Shown piece by piece: positions 14,703 to 24,886 of a stretch of DNA of 24,886 nucleotides (position 1 is the first letter of the stretch; every line of letters begins with the position of its first letter). A model generated the notes under the pieces. The model saw only the letters and a list, made by a program, of their open reading frames with translations. It made no database searches and had not been told where the DNA came from. The position numbers and the translations under genes were made by a program. The DNA is from an uncultured archaeon (GTDB taxonomy: Archaea; Asgardarchaeota; Thorarchaeia; Thorarchaeales; Thorarchaeaceae), in assembly GCA_964458565.1 (NCBI GenBank), contig CAYWJO010000014.1, forward strand, positions 7,360 through 32,245, given 5' to 3'.

Positions 14703-17054
14703 ATGGTTGGGACATTGTCCTCTAAGGAACCCACCAAGTTGCAAATAGCAGCCTTCGGGATAATTATTATAATTGCAGCAGCTGGAATGTTTTCAGTTTC
14801 ACTGTTATTTAACACACCAATTGCCACCACTACAATAACAACAACAACTACCTCACCAACAATCACCACGCCTACTACTAGTACCTTACCAACACCTTCT
14901 ACGACAACCGCTACACAAACAACTCCTGCACCCACATACTCTCCACCTAGTGTGTTTACTCTAACCCAGTTCGTCCCTCATGAGTTTGCGGATTTCAATC
15001 CCAGAGATGAGAGCTTCATTGCGGGATTTCCTTCATACTCAATATCACCAGGTCTGTCAAATGTCATAAATCGAGATGACTTCGTATTCTCAGAGAGTGA
15101 CCTTGCTCTATTAGAGGAAAATGGCTTCATAGTGAAGTCCACAGGATTTCAGCAGATATATGATATATATCTCCATAACAAACAGGATGGAATTCTATCC
15201 TTCATCTCATCTGACACTGTGCTCCATGCTTTTCATGTGCTGTATGACATGATTCTTAGGGAGGTGGAGTCCTACGACTTCATGGATATACTTGATATTC
15301 TCTCGAAGACCCTTGTCAATATTTCCTACTCACAATATGAAGGTGCACCAGAGGGGATTGTGAAGACTGCAGCGTTGCAGAATACCAAGTACTTCGGAGT
15401 AGCAGCTTGTTTGTTAGATAATACATCATACGTACCCCCTGAAACAGAAGAAGCCATCAATGATGCTATAGACCTCATCATAGCACATGATGGGCTAAGT
15501 GATGATTGGTTTATGGGGATTCAGCATGACTTCTCTCAGTATGTGCCTCGGGGCCACTATACAAGGTCAGAGGCACTCGAGATGTTCTTTAGAACAATGA
15601 TGTGGTATGGTACTGTTCCGTTTTATCTAACATCCAATTCCACAATGCAGGGAATCCTAATGAGTTTGGCACTACAGGAGAATGTATTGGATGAGCTGAC
15701 AGGGTATGACCTTTGGAACTCGATATATTATCCAACTGCTTTTTTTGTAGGTGAATCAGACGACATCCTTCCTCATGAGTATCTTGACTTGGCTAACGAT
15801 GTGTTTGGAGAAGATCCAGAACTGGAAGTATTGGATAATTCCACACTGCTTGATGAGTACATGACTTTTGCTAAGGATCTGCAACCTCCTTTAATATACG
15901 GAAATAGCAGTACGCCAAGACTGAAGTTCATGGGACAGCGATTCATCATTGACAGCTATATTTTCAGCCAACTGGTCGATCCCCGTGTTCAAGGTAGATA
16001 CTTCCCCATGGGTCTTGATGTGTTAGCGGCTTTTGGCTCGGAGAGAGCTTGGACTCAATTGGATGCTGAAAAGGAATATACTAACTACACACCTCAGATG
16101 GAGAAACTGTGGAACTATGTTGCTAATCAGAGTGATTCTGAATGGGCAAAGAACCTTTACAGCTTGTGGTTATACTCTCTGCTACCTCTACTTATTGACC
16201 CAAATGAGGGATATCCAATGTTCATGCAGAGTGATGCGTGGCTCGATAAACAGCTACTCACTGCATTAGGCTCATGGGCTGAATTACGGCATGACACCAT
16301 TCTATACACCAAACAATCATCAGGTACAGCGACATCCACTCATACATCAACACCTGAACCTGAATATCATGGTTTTGTGGAACCTGTTCCTAGAGTCTAC
16401 TCAAGATTGAATTCTCTCTGTCAAACAATGTATTATGGATTGAGTTCCAGATTCAACATAGCGTTTGATAACAAACTATTAGCTTTGAGTAATATCCTTG
16501 AAGTCTTGGAAACCATCTCGATCAAGGAGCTTAGCAATGTTGCCCTGAGTAGCAGTGAGCGAAGTTTTATAGAGAACTACGGGGATAGTCTTGAGGGACT
16601 GCTCACCTTTTATTCTTCGCCTCTTTGGCTTCAAGAAACGGATGATAGAATTGCAGTGGTAGCTGACATCCATACCACGACTGGTGTAATTAATGAAGTA
16701 CTTGAGGTTGCTGTAGGAAATCCTATGAATATCTATGTGGTGGTAAAGGTCGGAAACACTCTGGTCATGACAAGAGGAGCAAGCTTTTCGTACTATGAAT
16801 TTCGACAACCCATAAACGAACGACTAACAGATGAGACTTGGCAGTATATGATAGACCATGGACTAGCACCACCATTGCCTTCTTGGACCTCCAGTTTCAT
16901 ACAACAATCAGCACTATTATTGAGTGCAGCTAATGTACTGAGTCCTAGTGATATGAAGATGGAGAATTACCGTGAGAATGCAGTTCTAATCGTCTTCACA
17001 GGGTTTCATTCAGAGTACCTTTGCAAAAGGAATGGCGGAATCAGCAGGAATTGA
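14703..17054 (+). CDS. DUF3160-domain surface protein with N-terminal TM anchor and Thr/Pro/Ser-rich linker
   Basis: FISSDTVLHAFHVLYD, DFSQYVPRGHYTRSEALEMFFRTMMWYG, FMGQRFIIDS, LGSWAELRHDTILYTKQS, GFVEPVP and SYYEF...RLTDETWQ match my recollection of DUF3160. Confidence 0.82.
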   Translation: MVGTLSSKEPTKLQIAAFGIIIIIAAAGMFSVSLLFNTPIATTTITTTTTSPTITTPTTSTLPTPSTTTATQTTPAPTYSPPSVFTLTQFVPHEFADFNPRDESFIAGFPSYSISPGLSNVINRDDFVFSESDLALLEENGFIVKSTGFQQIYDIYLHNKQDGILSFISSDTVLHAFHVLYDMILREVESYDFMDILDILSKTLVNISYSQYEGAPEGIVKTAALQNTKYFGVAACLLDNTSYVPPETEEAINDAIDLIIAHDGLSDDWFMGIQHDFSQYVPRGHYTRSEALEMFFRTMMWYGTVPFYLTSNSTMQGILMSLALQENVLDELTGYDLWNSIYYPTAFFVGESDDILPHEYLDLANDVFGEDPELEVLDNSTLLDEYMTFAKDLQPPLIYGNSSTPRLKFMGQRFIIDSYIFSQLVDPRVQGRYFPMGLDVLAAFGSERAWTQLDAEKEYTNYTPQMEKLWNYVANQSDSEWAKNLYSLWLYSLLPLLIDPNEGYPMFMQSDAWLDKQLLTALGSWAELRHDTILYTKQSSGTATSTHTSTPEPEYHGFVEPVPRVYSRLNSLCQTMYYGLSSRFNIAFDNKLLALSNILEVLETISIKELSNVALSSSERSFIENYGDSLEGLLTFYSSPLWLQETDDRIAVVADIHTTTGVINEVLEVAVGNPMNIYVVVKVGNTLVMTRGASFSYYEFRQPINERLTDETWQYMIDHGLAPPLPSWTSSFIQQSALLLSAANVLSPSDMKMENYRENAVLIVFTGFHSEYLCKRNGGISRN
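14814..14950 (+). repeat. Low-complexity Thr/Pro/Ser-rich coding stretch (linker or stalk)
   Basis: Encodes TPIATTTITTTTTSPTITTPTTSTLPTPSTTTATQTTPAPTYSPPS through imperfect ACN codon runs. Confidence 0.8.
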
Positions 17055-17107
17055 TCTTAATACTGTAAAGGGGTTGGGGGGGCTCAAACTAAAAAAGAAT
17101 GATTAAA

Positions 17108-18565
17108 TCATTTTACTAACTTTGGAAATTGTATAACAAACTTGGCTCCTTGATTAGGAGTGTCAGGAACTCTGTCATGTACAGAAATCGTTCCGCCATA
17201 CTTGTCCACAATTTCCTTAGTTTGATGTAAACTAACACCACCAAATCTTCTATTTACATCAAAAAGACCTTCTTTCACCATATCCGGTATTCCCTTTCCG
17301 TCGTCAGCTATGGTCACCTGAAATGAATTTTCTGTTTCATCTAATTCAACCCAAATCTGTATTTTATCATGAGGATTATGTTCAACTGAATTCTCCATTA
17401 AATTTAACCAAATCTCTTCAAGAAAAATATCTGCTAGTACCATTGCTTTTTTGAGGACAATTTTCTGTGACATTTTTGCAGATGGATAGACTCTTGAGAA
17501 TTTCATAACTGCCTTTGATAATGTTTCACTCAAGTCAGTTTCTAGAAGCGGATAGGCCATCAAGCTCTCTGTCAGTTTGACTTTAGAGATAATTCGTTCA
17601 CATTTTGTCGCTGCGTCAGATACACCTTTCATAATTCGAAGGAGATTCCCATCAGTGATTAATTCCTGAGCTATCTCTGTTCCTCCTAGAATTGCCTGAA
17701 GCTGATTTCTAATATCATGACCTAGAAGATCGAGATAGAGGATAGCTCTATCCTTCGCTGAACGTAGTTCACGTTCTGATAGCTTTAAGGCATTAAGAGC
17801 ATCTCGGACTTCAGTAACATCCGTTGATATAGTCAATACTAAATTATCAGCTGGTTTCGTGAAATTCCAGATAGACCATCTTTTAGATCCAGGGTGTTGC
17901 GAGAATTCCCGCTCAAAACGAATGGGTTGATTTGAGTTCATAACCTTGCGAATTGTATCAGGTATCCATGGAACATTGGGAAAAATATCGAGGACGTTCA
18001 TTCCTAGAAAATCTTCTATTGCATTTCGAGTTGTATTGCGAACAGTTTGGTTCACTGATGCTAGAATTATATTTCCATCATCGAGAAGTTGCCAGAGGTA
18101 TGCATTGTCAGGAATCGAATCAAATGTACGTCGATAACGTTCTTCAGATTCTGACAGTTGTTTTTCAGCAAGTCGTCTCCTACTTCTTTGATCAGCTTCA
18201 TAGATTTCGCGTTTAATGGCTGGCAGTAATCGACTCAGATTATTCTTTGTCACGTAATCGTGTACGCCTTTTCTCATCAATTCTACTGCAAGTTCATCAG
18301 GAATCGCTCCTGATACGATTATGAAAGGTATGTCTTGATTATATTGAGATAATGCTTCCAAGGCTTCTTCAATGCTGAATTCAGGCATCATGTAATCACA
18401 AAGAATTACATCCCATTCTTGGTCTGCTATTGCAGAATTCAATTCCATTGCGTTAGCCACTCGATATAGCTCACAGGCTTCCCCATCTCTCCGTATGGCT
18501 CGTTCAATCAGAATTGCATCATCCTCTGAGTCATCAATGAGGAGAATTTTCAGAGCACGAGTCAT
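17108..18565 (-). CDS. Hybrid sensor kinase: REC-PAS-HisKA-HATPase
   Basis: REC domain (LLIDDSEDD, ILCDYMMP, IIVSG, DYVTK), a PAS domain, H-box LLGHDIRNQLQ, N-box NLMENSVEHN, G1 DDGKGI, and an atypical G2 (FGGVSL). Confidence 0.92.
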   Translation of the reverse strand: MTRALKILLIDDSEDDAILIERAIRRDGEACELYRVANAMELNSAIADQEWDVILCDYMMPEFSIEEALEALSQYNQDIPFIIVSGAIPDELAVELMRKGVHDYVTKNNLSRLLPAIKREIYEADQRSRRRLAEKQLSESEERYRRTFDSIPDNAYLWQLLDDGNIILASVNQTVRNTTRNAIEDFLGMNVLDIFPNVPWIPDTIRKVMNSNQPIRFEREFSQHPGSKRWSIWNFTKPADNLVLTISTDVTEVRDALNALKLSERELRSAKDRAILYLDLLGHDIRNQLQAILGGTEIAQELITDGNLLRIMKGVSDAATKCERIISKVKLTESLMAYPLLETDLSETLSKAVMKFSRVYPSAKMSQKIVLKKAMVLADIFLEEIWLNLMENSVEHNPHDKIQIWVELDETENSFQVTIADDGKGIPDMVKEGLFDVNRRFGGVSLHQTKEIVDKYGGTISVHDRVPDTPNQGAKFVIQFPKLVK

Positions 18566-18569
18566 AATC

Positions 18570-19010
18570 CTACACCCCGCTATACGAAGTAAGATTGAGG
18601 TTTAACCAGTAAGTGCTAAGAGTTTGCACAGTTGAAACGAATTGTTCAAAATCCACAGGTTTCTGAATGTAGCTGTTTGCACCTAAAAGATAACTCTCTT
18701 CAATATCCATGGTTTCTCCAGATGATGATAAAATTACTATAGGTATAAGTCGAAAACGACTTTCATTTCGTACTTCTTTTAGAAATTCATGACCAGACAT
18801 TTTAGGCAAATTCAAATCAAGGAGAACCAGATCAGGGAGCCCATTTTTCTTTTGATTATTTTTCAATTCATTCTGAAGATAATTCAATGCCTCAAGACCA
18901 TTCTTAGCGACGATTACATCACTCTCTATTCTTGCTTGGTTCAATGCTCTTTTTGTGAGAAGAATGTCATCAGGATTATCTTCACCCAAGAGTATCTTGC
19001 TACCATTCAT
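18570..19010 (-). CDS. Single-domain response regulator, Rcp1-like
   Basis: ILLGEDNPDD, PDLVLLDLNLPKMSG, IPIVILSSS, SYLLGANSYIQKPVDF...YWL. A GAGGTG RBS favours ATG 19010; the alternative ATG 19025 overlaps the kinase stop (ATGA). Confidence 0.93.
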   Translation of the reverse strand: MNGSKILLGEDNPDDILLTKRALNQARIESDVIVAKNGLEALNYLQNELKNNQKKNGLPDLVLLDLNLPKMSGHEFLKEVRNESRFRLIPIVILSSSGETMDIEESYLLGANSYIQKPVDFEQFVSTVQTLSTYWLNLNLTSYSGV

Positions 19011-19021
19011 TAGAACACACC

Positions 19022-22000
19022 TCATCGGGGTAACGTGAAGTAGAATGTAGACCCCATTCCAAGCTCACTTTCCGCCCAGATTTTTCCCCCATGTCTATCG
19101 ATAATTCGTTTTACCGTCGCTAGTCCGATACCTGAACCTTCGTATTCATCACTCTTATGTAATCTTTGAAACGGACTAAACAATTTCGCACTCTGAGTCC
19201 TATCGAAACCAGCTCCATTATCACGAACGAAAAATACCTCGGTTCCATCAATCTGGGTGCTACCGAATTCAATACTTGGACGCTCCACATTTCGTGTGAA
19301 TTTCCATGCATTTTCTAACAGGTTTTGAAGTACAATTCGCATCATCCTACGGTCACTTCTGGCCCTGATTTCAGAACTGATGGAGAAATGCATTTCACGA
19401 TCAGGTTCCATTGCCGTTAAATCTACAACAACTTCTTCAACCAGGTGAGACAGGTTCACTGAACCTCTATCGAGTTCACCTCGTGTTACTCGTGATAATC
19501 CTAATAGTGCTTCAATTAAATTAGCCATACGATTAGCTGCAGTCCGTAAACGGGAAAGATAATCTTTTGCAGATTCATCCAAAGAATCAGAATAATCTTC
19601 CAGTAGAGCTAAACTGAATCCGTCAATACTTCTAAGTGGTGCCCGGAGATCATGAGAAACGGAATAAGCAAATGCTTCAAGCTCTTGATTTGCGGCTTGT
19701 AGTTCTGCAGTTCTTTCGTCAACAAGTCTTGAGAGTTGTTCATTCAATCTTCTAATTTCCTCATCAGCTCGAACCTGTTCCGTGATATCTGTAATAAGCG
19801 CGACTGTCCCGTCAACCTCACCACTATCGTTTCTAGAAGGGACTGCTGAAACGCGAATAGTGCGTTCTTCCCCGCTTTTCGTTAACATATCAAGATGATA
19901 AGTAGAGGTCTGTTCATTTTTCCGGAGTTGAGTTTCTGCAACCAGTTTATCCACCATATCAGGAGTGACTAATTCTCTCGAGTCAATACCAATTATTTCT
20001 TCTTGAGCATAACCAAGGATGTCAGCAAATACCCTATTGCAAAAAACCATTCTTTCATCAAGATCGGTGATTCCAATTCCAGCAGGCATATCTTCAATTA
20101 ATTCTCGATATCTGCGATTAGACATTCGCAATGCGTCTTCGATTTTTCGTCTCTTTAATACAACGGAGAACATTTCAGCTACAGCTTCAAAGAAATCTTG
20201 CATTTCTATTAAATTTCTAGTAGTTTTCTCTGACGCTAAACTGACCACACCAAGTAACTCATGCTCATCATCCAAAATTGGCCAAGCAATAACACTAGAG
20301 ATATTCAACTCTCTGAATCGTTCGTGGAATATTTCTAGGTCAGGGGATTCAAAGATATTATCTACCACAATTGGTTTTTTTGTTCTAGCAACATATGCAA
20401 CCAAACGCTTACGCTCATTTTCCTCTGTGCATTCAATCATGGTTGCTAATCGATTAGGTGATATACCAACTATTGCTGTAGGTTTGAGTATATTCTCAAA
20501 TTCATCGTAGAGACGGACCGTTCCTAAATCAAATCCAAATGTTTCAACTAATCCAGTAATTATCTGTAGACTCATGTCGGATGTATCGATTGCGTGAACT
20601 GCAGCTTCCGCAATGGTTCTAAATGCTTGTCGTTCGCGTTCTAATGATTGTTTGGCCGCTACTCTTTCTGAAATATCCCGGATTACAGCAAGTACACTTT
20701 CACCATCTTCATGCAAGCTAAGTCCAGCTGAAAACCACCTTTCCTCAGCATCAATTATCAATGAATAATCGTAATTTATACTATGTCCGGTTTCCCTCAC
20801 AATTTGCATTCGGTTTTGAAATTCAGTAGCCATATCCTCAGGCAAAACTTGTGAAATATGTTTACCCATAAATCCTTGAGGGGGGGCATACAAGAGTTTT
20901 GGATCTGGAGCATAAAATTGAGCATGATGATTATCCTTATCATATACAAAAACAAGATCATTCATTGATTGTACGAGAGTACGAAACTTAATTTCACTCT
21001 GCTTCAATTCTTCCTGAGCGATTCTTTGATCAGTGAAATCTTCTCCTGAACTAATAATACCCAAAACGTTTCCATTAATGTCCTTCAGAGTTCGAGTATT
21101 CCATCCAATTATGCGTCGTTCACCCTTTGAGTTGACTACTGAACGTTCAATATAGTCGAAATGGTCAACTTCACCTTCAATCAATCTCTTGAAGTTCTTT
21201 TGATTAAGTTCCCGTTCATTTTCTGGCACAAAATTAAACCACGGTACCCCAATAACGTCATGAGTTTGGACTCCTAATACATCACAACCTCTCCTATTAA
21301 TTAGGTTAATAGTTCCATCTCTATCCAGAACAATGATGATCGTACCTGCAATATCTAGGTATAATTGTGCGCGATCACGTTCAGCAATCAAAGCAGTGTG
21401 AGCTTCATAGCGTTCAGTAATATCGATAATTGCTCTTTGAAGAGCGGGAGATCCATCGAACTCAATGACTGCAGCGGCTCCTTCAACCCATCTTAGACTA
21501 CCATCTTTCCGAAGAAGTTTATACTCAACCTTGGGCAACAAATCCCCGATCCGCTCATAATGACTATATCGCTCCATCAATAACTCCTTGTCATCTGGAT
21601 GCACCAAACTCATTATCTGTTGAGGATTCATAGACAATATCTCTTCTTCAGTGTATCCTGTAATTTCGAGATATGCAGGATTCACATAGCTAACCTTCTC
21701 ACCCTGATATACAATCAAACCTTGAATAGAATGATCAGCGAGAGTACGATATTTCAGCTCACTTAACCGAAGTGCTTCTTGAACAGCGAATTTAGTTGTT
21801 ACATCAGTGAAAGAAACTTGTAGTGCGTCTCTATCTCCATAAACTATCTTACGACCATATACCTCAACCACTACAAAAGCACCGTCTGATCGAACTAGGT
21901 GAACTAAACGTGGTTCATCAATCTTCTCTGGAGCTCCTGCAAAGAGATCAAAAAGCCTACTTAAGATTTCATCAACTTGATCGGGATGGATTATACTCTG

Positions 22001-23326
22001 AATGTCTTCTAATCTGAACTGCAGTATCTCCTCATTAGATATTCCTATTAATTGAGAGAAAGAAGGATTTGAATAGAGAATCCTAACAGATGGTTGACCC
22101 TGTATTATGATAATTCCTTGGTCAAGCTGCTCTACCAAGGTTCTGTATCTCATTTCAGATTGTCGAAGTTCAGAATCCGCAGATTTTCTCTCATTAACAT
22201 CTCTAACAATTGCCTGAAGAGTAGGTGTGCCACCAATTTGGATTACATTCAGACTTACCTCAGCATCAAAAGGAGTACCATCATATTTGATGTGTTTCCA
22301 TTCAAAGAATTGAGGACATCCATCAAACGCGGCTGAGATTTTCTCAAGAGCTTTCTCTTTAGACTCACGACCATCTGGTTGATTGGGAGGAGAGAAGCGA
22401 TACGGTGTTTCACCAACGATTTGGTTTCTTGTACATCCATACATCTCTAACGTGCGTCGATTGCATTCTATGAAAATATCATCACGCATCAAAAAGATAG
22501 CATCATTTGCGGATTCGAAAAGGGATCTATATTTTTCTTCACTTTCTCTCAGTATATCCTCAGCATGTCTTCTCTCACTTATGTCTCGAACTATACTCTG
22601 AATGTGTAATGGTGTATTTCTGTCATCAGAAATCAAAACATTGTTTATCTCAACAAATACTTTCGATCCATCTTTTCTTCTTAGAATTCTTTCATAAATT
22701 GGAACTGATTCACCTCGAATTAGGGATGCGAATCTTTGATCACCCTGCTCGAGTTCATCCTCGACAACCGTATCTCTAAAATGGAGCCCTACAATCTCAT
22801 CTGGTGCATATCCCAGCAAATCAGATGCTCTTTGATTCGCTTCGATGAATTTTCCATCAAGCCCAATGAATAAGACTGCATCGTTGGTCTGTTCATAGAG
22901 AGATCGAAATTTCTGCTCATTCTCTTTCAGCCGTTGTTCCTGATGTTTGCGTCCACGTATATCACGTGCAAATCCTACATAACATTGAAGCGCTCCATCA
23001 TCATCTAAGACAGCAAAGGAAGATAATTCAACATCTATGTACTCACCATTCTTTGCTCTTGATAATATTTCACAGCGATAGAATCCTACATCTTGGAGAT
23101 TCTTTCTTTGTATTTCTAAATCTTCTTCACTTAGATGATAAGGCGCACCCATAGACCTTAGTTCATCATCAGAGTAACCTAATAGTTGTCTATGAGACTC
23201 GTTCTGTTCAATGAATTGACCATCGATGCTAAAAATAGAAATGGCGTCAGCAGATTTTTCAATAATCGCTCTGTAGAGCATCATTTGGTCAGTTGCGGAC
23301 TTATGTTCTTTTGGATCCCTAATCAT
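19022..23326 (-). CDS. Large soluble multi-sensor histidine kinase: 7xPAS-GAF-PAS-HisKA-HATPase (Cph1-like kinase core)
   Basis: Repeated 'SExKYRxL...DIxERK'-type PAS/PAC units, a GAF domain, H-box [60 protein letters not shown]. No TM seen. The start is ATG 23326 (AGGTGG RBS) or GTG 23338. Confidence 0.93.
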   Translation of the reverse strand: MIRDPKEHKSATDQMMLYRAIIEKSADAISIFSIDGQFIEQNESHRQLLGYSDDELRSMGAPYHLSEEDLEIQRKNLQDVGFYRCEILSRAKNGEYIDVELSSFAVLDDDGALQCYVGFARDIRGRKHQEQRLKENEQKFRSLYEQTNDAVLFIGLDGKFIEANQRASDLLGYAPDEIVGLHFRDTVVEDELEQGDQRFASLIRGESVPIYERILRRKDGSKVFVEINNVLISDDRNTPLHIQSIVRDISERRHAEDILRESEEKYRSLFESANDAIFLMRDDIFIECNRRTLEMYGCTRNQIVGETPYRFSPPNQPDGRESKEKALEKISAAFDGCPQFFEWKHIKYDGTPFDAEVSLNVIQIGGTPTLQAIVRDVNERKSADSELRQSEMRYRTLVEQLDQGIIIIQGQPSVRILYSNPSFSQLIGISNEEILQFRLEDIQSIIHPDQVDEILSRLFDLFAGAPEKIDEPRLVHLVRSDGAFVVVEVYGRKIVYGDRDALQVSFTDVTTKFAVQEALRLSELKYRTLADHSIQGLIVYQGEKVSYVNPAYLEITGYTEEEILSMNPQQIMSLVHPDDKELLMERYSHYERIGDLLPKVEYKLLRKDGSLRWVEGAAAVIEFDGSPALQRAIIDITERYEAHTALIAERDRAQLYLDIAGTIIIVLDRDGTINLINRRGCDVLGVQTHDVIGVPWFNFVPENERELNQKNFKRLIEGEVDHFDYIERSVVNSKGERRIIGWNTRTLKDINGNVLGIISSGEDFTDQRIAQEELKQSEIKFRTLVQSMNDLVFVYDKDNHHAQFYAPDPKLLYAPPQGFMGKHISQVLPEDMATEFQNRMQIVRETGHSINYDYSLIIDAEERWFSAGLSLHEDGESVLAVIRDISERVAAKQSLERERQAFRTIAEAAVHAIDTSDMSLQIITGLVETFGFDLGTVRLYDEFENILKPTAIVGISPNRLATMIECTEENERKRLVAYVARTKKPIVVDNIFESPDLEIFHERFRELNISSVIAWPILDDEHELLGVVSLASEKTTRNLIEMQDFFEAVAEMFSVVLKRRKIEDALRMSNRRYRELIEDMPAGIGITDLDERMVFCNRVFADILGYAQEEIIGIDSRELVTPDMVDKLVAETQLRKNEQTSTYHLDMLTKSGEERTIRVSAVPSRNDSGEVDGTVALITDITEQVRADEEIRRLNEQLSRLVDERTAELQAANQELEAFAYSVSHDLRAPLRSIDGFSLALLEDYSDSLDESAKDYLSRLRTAANRMANLIEALLGLSRVTRGELDRGSVNLSHLVEEVVVDLTAMEPDREMHFSISSEIRARSDRRMMRIVLQNLLENAWKFTRNVERPSIEFGSTQIDGTEVFFVRDNGAGFDRTQSAKLFSPFQRLHKSDEYEGSGIGLATVKRIIDRHGGKIWAESELGMGSTFYFTLPR

Positions 23327-23503
23327 TCGTGATCCCACCTGCGCATCTGATTGAAGATTTTTTCCGGAGTTGGAAGTACTGATATCATAAAATAATAATT
23401 GAAATACCTATTGGAGATATCCTTTTTATGGCATTACAAAAAAACCATTCAGTTTAAGTAGGATTTGAAATCTAGTACAAAACCTCTAAGGAGAATTGAA
23501 ATT

Positions 23504-24487
23504 ATGGCGATACCCAGAGTAAAAACAGCAGTAGTAGCTATTGGTGGTAATTCATTAATCAAGGATAAAGACCACAAAACAGTACCAGATCAATATGCTG
23601 CAACCGCTGAAACATGCAAGCATATCGCAGATATGATCATCGAGGGATACAATGTAGTGATAACATCTGGTAATGGACCCCAAGTTGGTTTTATACTCAG
23701 ACGTTCAGAGCTTGCACGTCATGAACTTCACGAGGTACCATTAGATTATTGCGGAGCAGATACACAAGGAGCGATTGGATATATGATTCAAAGAGCTCTC
23801 TATAATGAGTTTAATAGAAGAAACATAGACAAACATGTCGCTAGTGTCGTAACTCAAGTATTGGTATCAAAAGCAGATCCGGCTTTTCAGAATCCTGCTA
23901 AACCAATTGGTTCGTTCATGGATGAAAAAGAAGCGAAGCAACGAGCTGATAAGGAGGGTTGGAAAATCAAGGAAGATTCCGGACGTGGTTGGAGAAGAGT
24001 TGTAGCATCACCAATTCCTGAACAGATAATCGAATTGCCTGCAATACAAGCACTCATAGCAAACGGAATTATTGTGTACGCAGTTGGTGGAGGTGGAATC
24101 CCAGTTATTCAAAATGATGATGGAGATCTTGAAGGTATCGCGGCAGTAATTGACAAAGACAGAGCATCAGCTCTCTTGGCGAACGGATTGAATGCAGAAG
24201 TGCTATTGATTTCTACTGCAGTGGAGAAGGTCTATCTCAATTATGGTGAGAAGAATCAAGAAGCACTTGATAAGATTGACCACATCAAAGCGCAGCAGTA
24301 TCTTGAAGAGGGACACTTCGCGCCAGGTAGTATGAAACCAAAGATTGAAGCCTGCATCGATTTCATAAAGAAAGGAGGACAGATGGCAATTATTACAGAT
24401 CCACCAAATATAACTCGAGCACTGAATGGTGAAACTGGAACCCGAATAGTTAAAGGGTATCATATTCCTCCACCCCCACCAGGATGA
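23504..24487 (+). CDS. arcC: Carbamate kinase
   Basis: [66 protein letters not shown]. An AGGAG RBS precedes ATG 23504. Confidence 0.95.
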   Translation: MAIPRVKTAVVAIGGNSLIKDKDHKTVPDQYAATAETCKHIADMIIEGYNVVITSGNGPQVGFILRRSELARHELHEVPLDYCGADTQGAIGYMIQRALYNEFNRRNIDKHVASVVTQVLVSKADPAFQNPAKPIGSFMDEKEAKQRADKEGWKIKEDSGRGWRRVVASPIPEQIIELPAIQALIANGIIVYAVGGGGIPVIQNDDGDLEGIAAVIDKDRASALLANGLNAEVLLISTAVEKVYLNYGEKNQEALDKIDHIKAQQYLEEGHFAPGSMKPKIEACIDFIKKGGQMAIITDPPNITRALNGETGTRIVKGYHIPPPPPG

Positions 24488-24507
24488 TTGAGCGAGGTGG
24501 AATTTTT

Positions 24508-24886
24508 ATGGATAAAGAAATAATCAGAACTGAAAAGGCACCTGGAGCAATAGGGCCTTATTCGCAGGGAGTCAAGGCAGGTAGATTTGTATTTTGTTCT
24601 GGACAGATTCCTTTCAATCCTGAATCAGGTGAACTTCTGACAGGTTCTATTTCTGACCAAACACATCAGGTACTGAAAAATGTCAGGGCAGTCCTCGAAG
24701 CTGCAGGAAGCGATATGACTAATGTTGTGAAAGTTACTGTTTTCTTGAGAGATATGAACGACTTTACAGAGATGAACGAAGAGTACGCTAAGTGGTTTCC
24801 CGAAAATCCACCAGCAAGAGCTGCAGTTCAAGTTGCCAGACTACCAAGAGATGTTGGAGTAGAAATAGAAGCTATTGCGATTGTAT
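24508..24886 (+). CDS. ridA: RidA/YjgF/UK114 enamine/imine deaminase; stop codon lies beyond the window edge
   Basis: Absent from the ORF track and translated by hand: [21 protein letters not shown]...FCSGQIP...[14 protein letters not shown]...[24 protein letters not shown], with the catalytic Arg in PAR. A GAGGTGG RBS precedes the ATG. Confidence 0.95.
   Translation, partial: MDKEIIRTEKAPGAIGPYSQGVKAGRFVFCSGQIPFNPESGELLTGSISDQTHQVLKNVRAVLEAAGSDMTNVVKVTVFLRDMNDFTEMNEEYAKWFPENPPARAAVQVARLPRDVGVEIEAIAIV

Noticed and set aside
14814-14950. ACA/ACT-rich tract as a CRISPR array or DNA tandem repeat
   Set aside because: There is no repeat-spacer periodicity; it is explained by Thr codons in a protein linker.
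17060-17107. G-rich tract GGGGTTGGGGGGG sharing CAACCCCTT (minus strand) with the 5790 hairpin
   Set aside because: The match is too short to call a repeat family. It is more simply a convergent terminator region, with a T6 run on the minus strand.
20019-20510. 163-aa plus-strand ORF and other short antisense ORFs across the window (e.g. 12126..12518, 6719..7072, 24625..24831)
   Set aside because: They lie antisense to well-supported genes and have no recognisable motifs.
19022-23326. Calling the large kinase a bacteriophytochrome
   Set aside because: Only the kinase core is Cph1-like. There is no PAS-GAF-PHY arrangement and no DIP bilin-binding motif.

Overview
This gene-dense window (about 40% GC by eye) looks archaeal: short GAGG/GGTG ribosome-binding sites, TTG/GTG starts, a TATA-like box and an archaeal COG2522-type HTH regulator. 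An Asgard/Thorarchaeia-like origin is plausible but is inference only. Content in order: extended SDR (truncated by the window edge), EGY-like site-2 protease, FadH-like 2,4-dienoyl-CoA reductase, two membrane/hypothetical proteins, a sirtuin-SDR-lactate permease run, a Cys/His-rich HTH regulator with an iscS-like gene and iscU (minimal MIS-type Fe-S cassette), a convergent TSUP (TauE/SafE) transporter, a Cys-rich orphan, a crotonase-family enzyme, a decayed histidine-kinase relic, a membrane-anchored DUF3160 protein, a three-gene two-component cassette (8xPAS+GAF kinase, Rcp1-like receiver, REC-PAS kinase), carbamate kinase and RidA (no stop codon within the window). The most notable feature is the IscS homologue. 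It has lost the PLP Schiff-base lysine (SxHK -> DAHH) and several other PLP/substrate residues, yet keeps the loop cysteine and carries an Asp/His tail. iscS and iscU share the same palindrome over their ribosome-binding sites, and the upstream regulator has a 4-Cys/2-His tail. Together these suggest a regulated, desulfurase-independent Fe-S assembly module. No rRNA, tRNA, CRISPR array or transposase was recognised.
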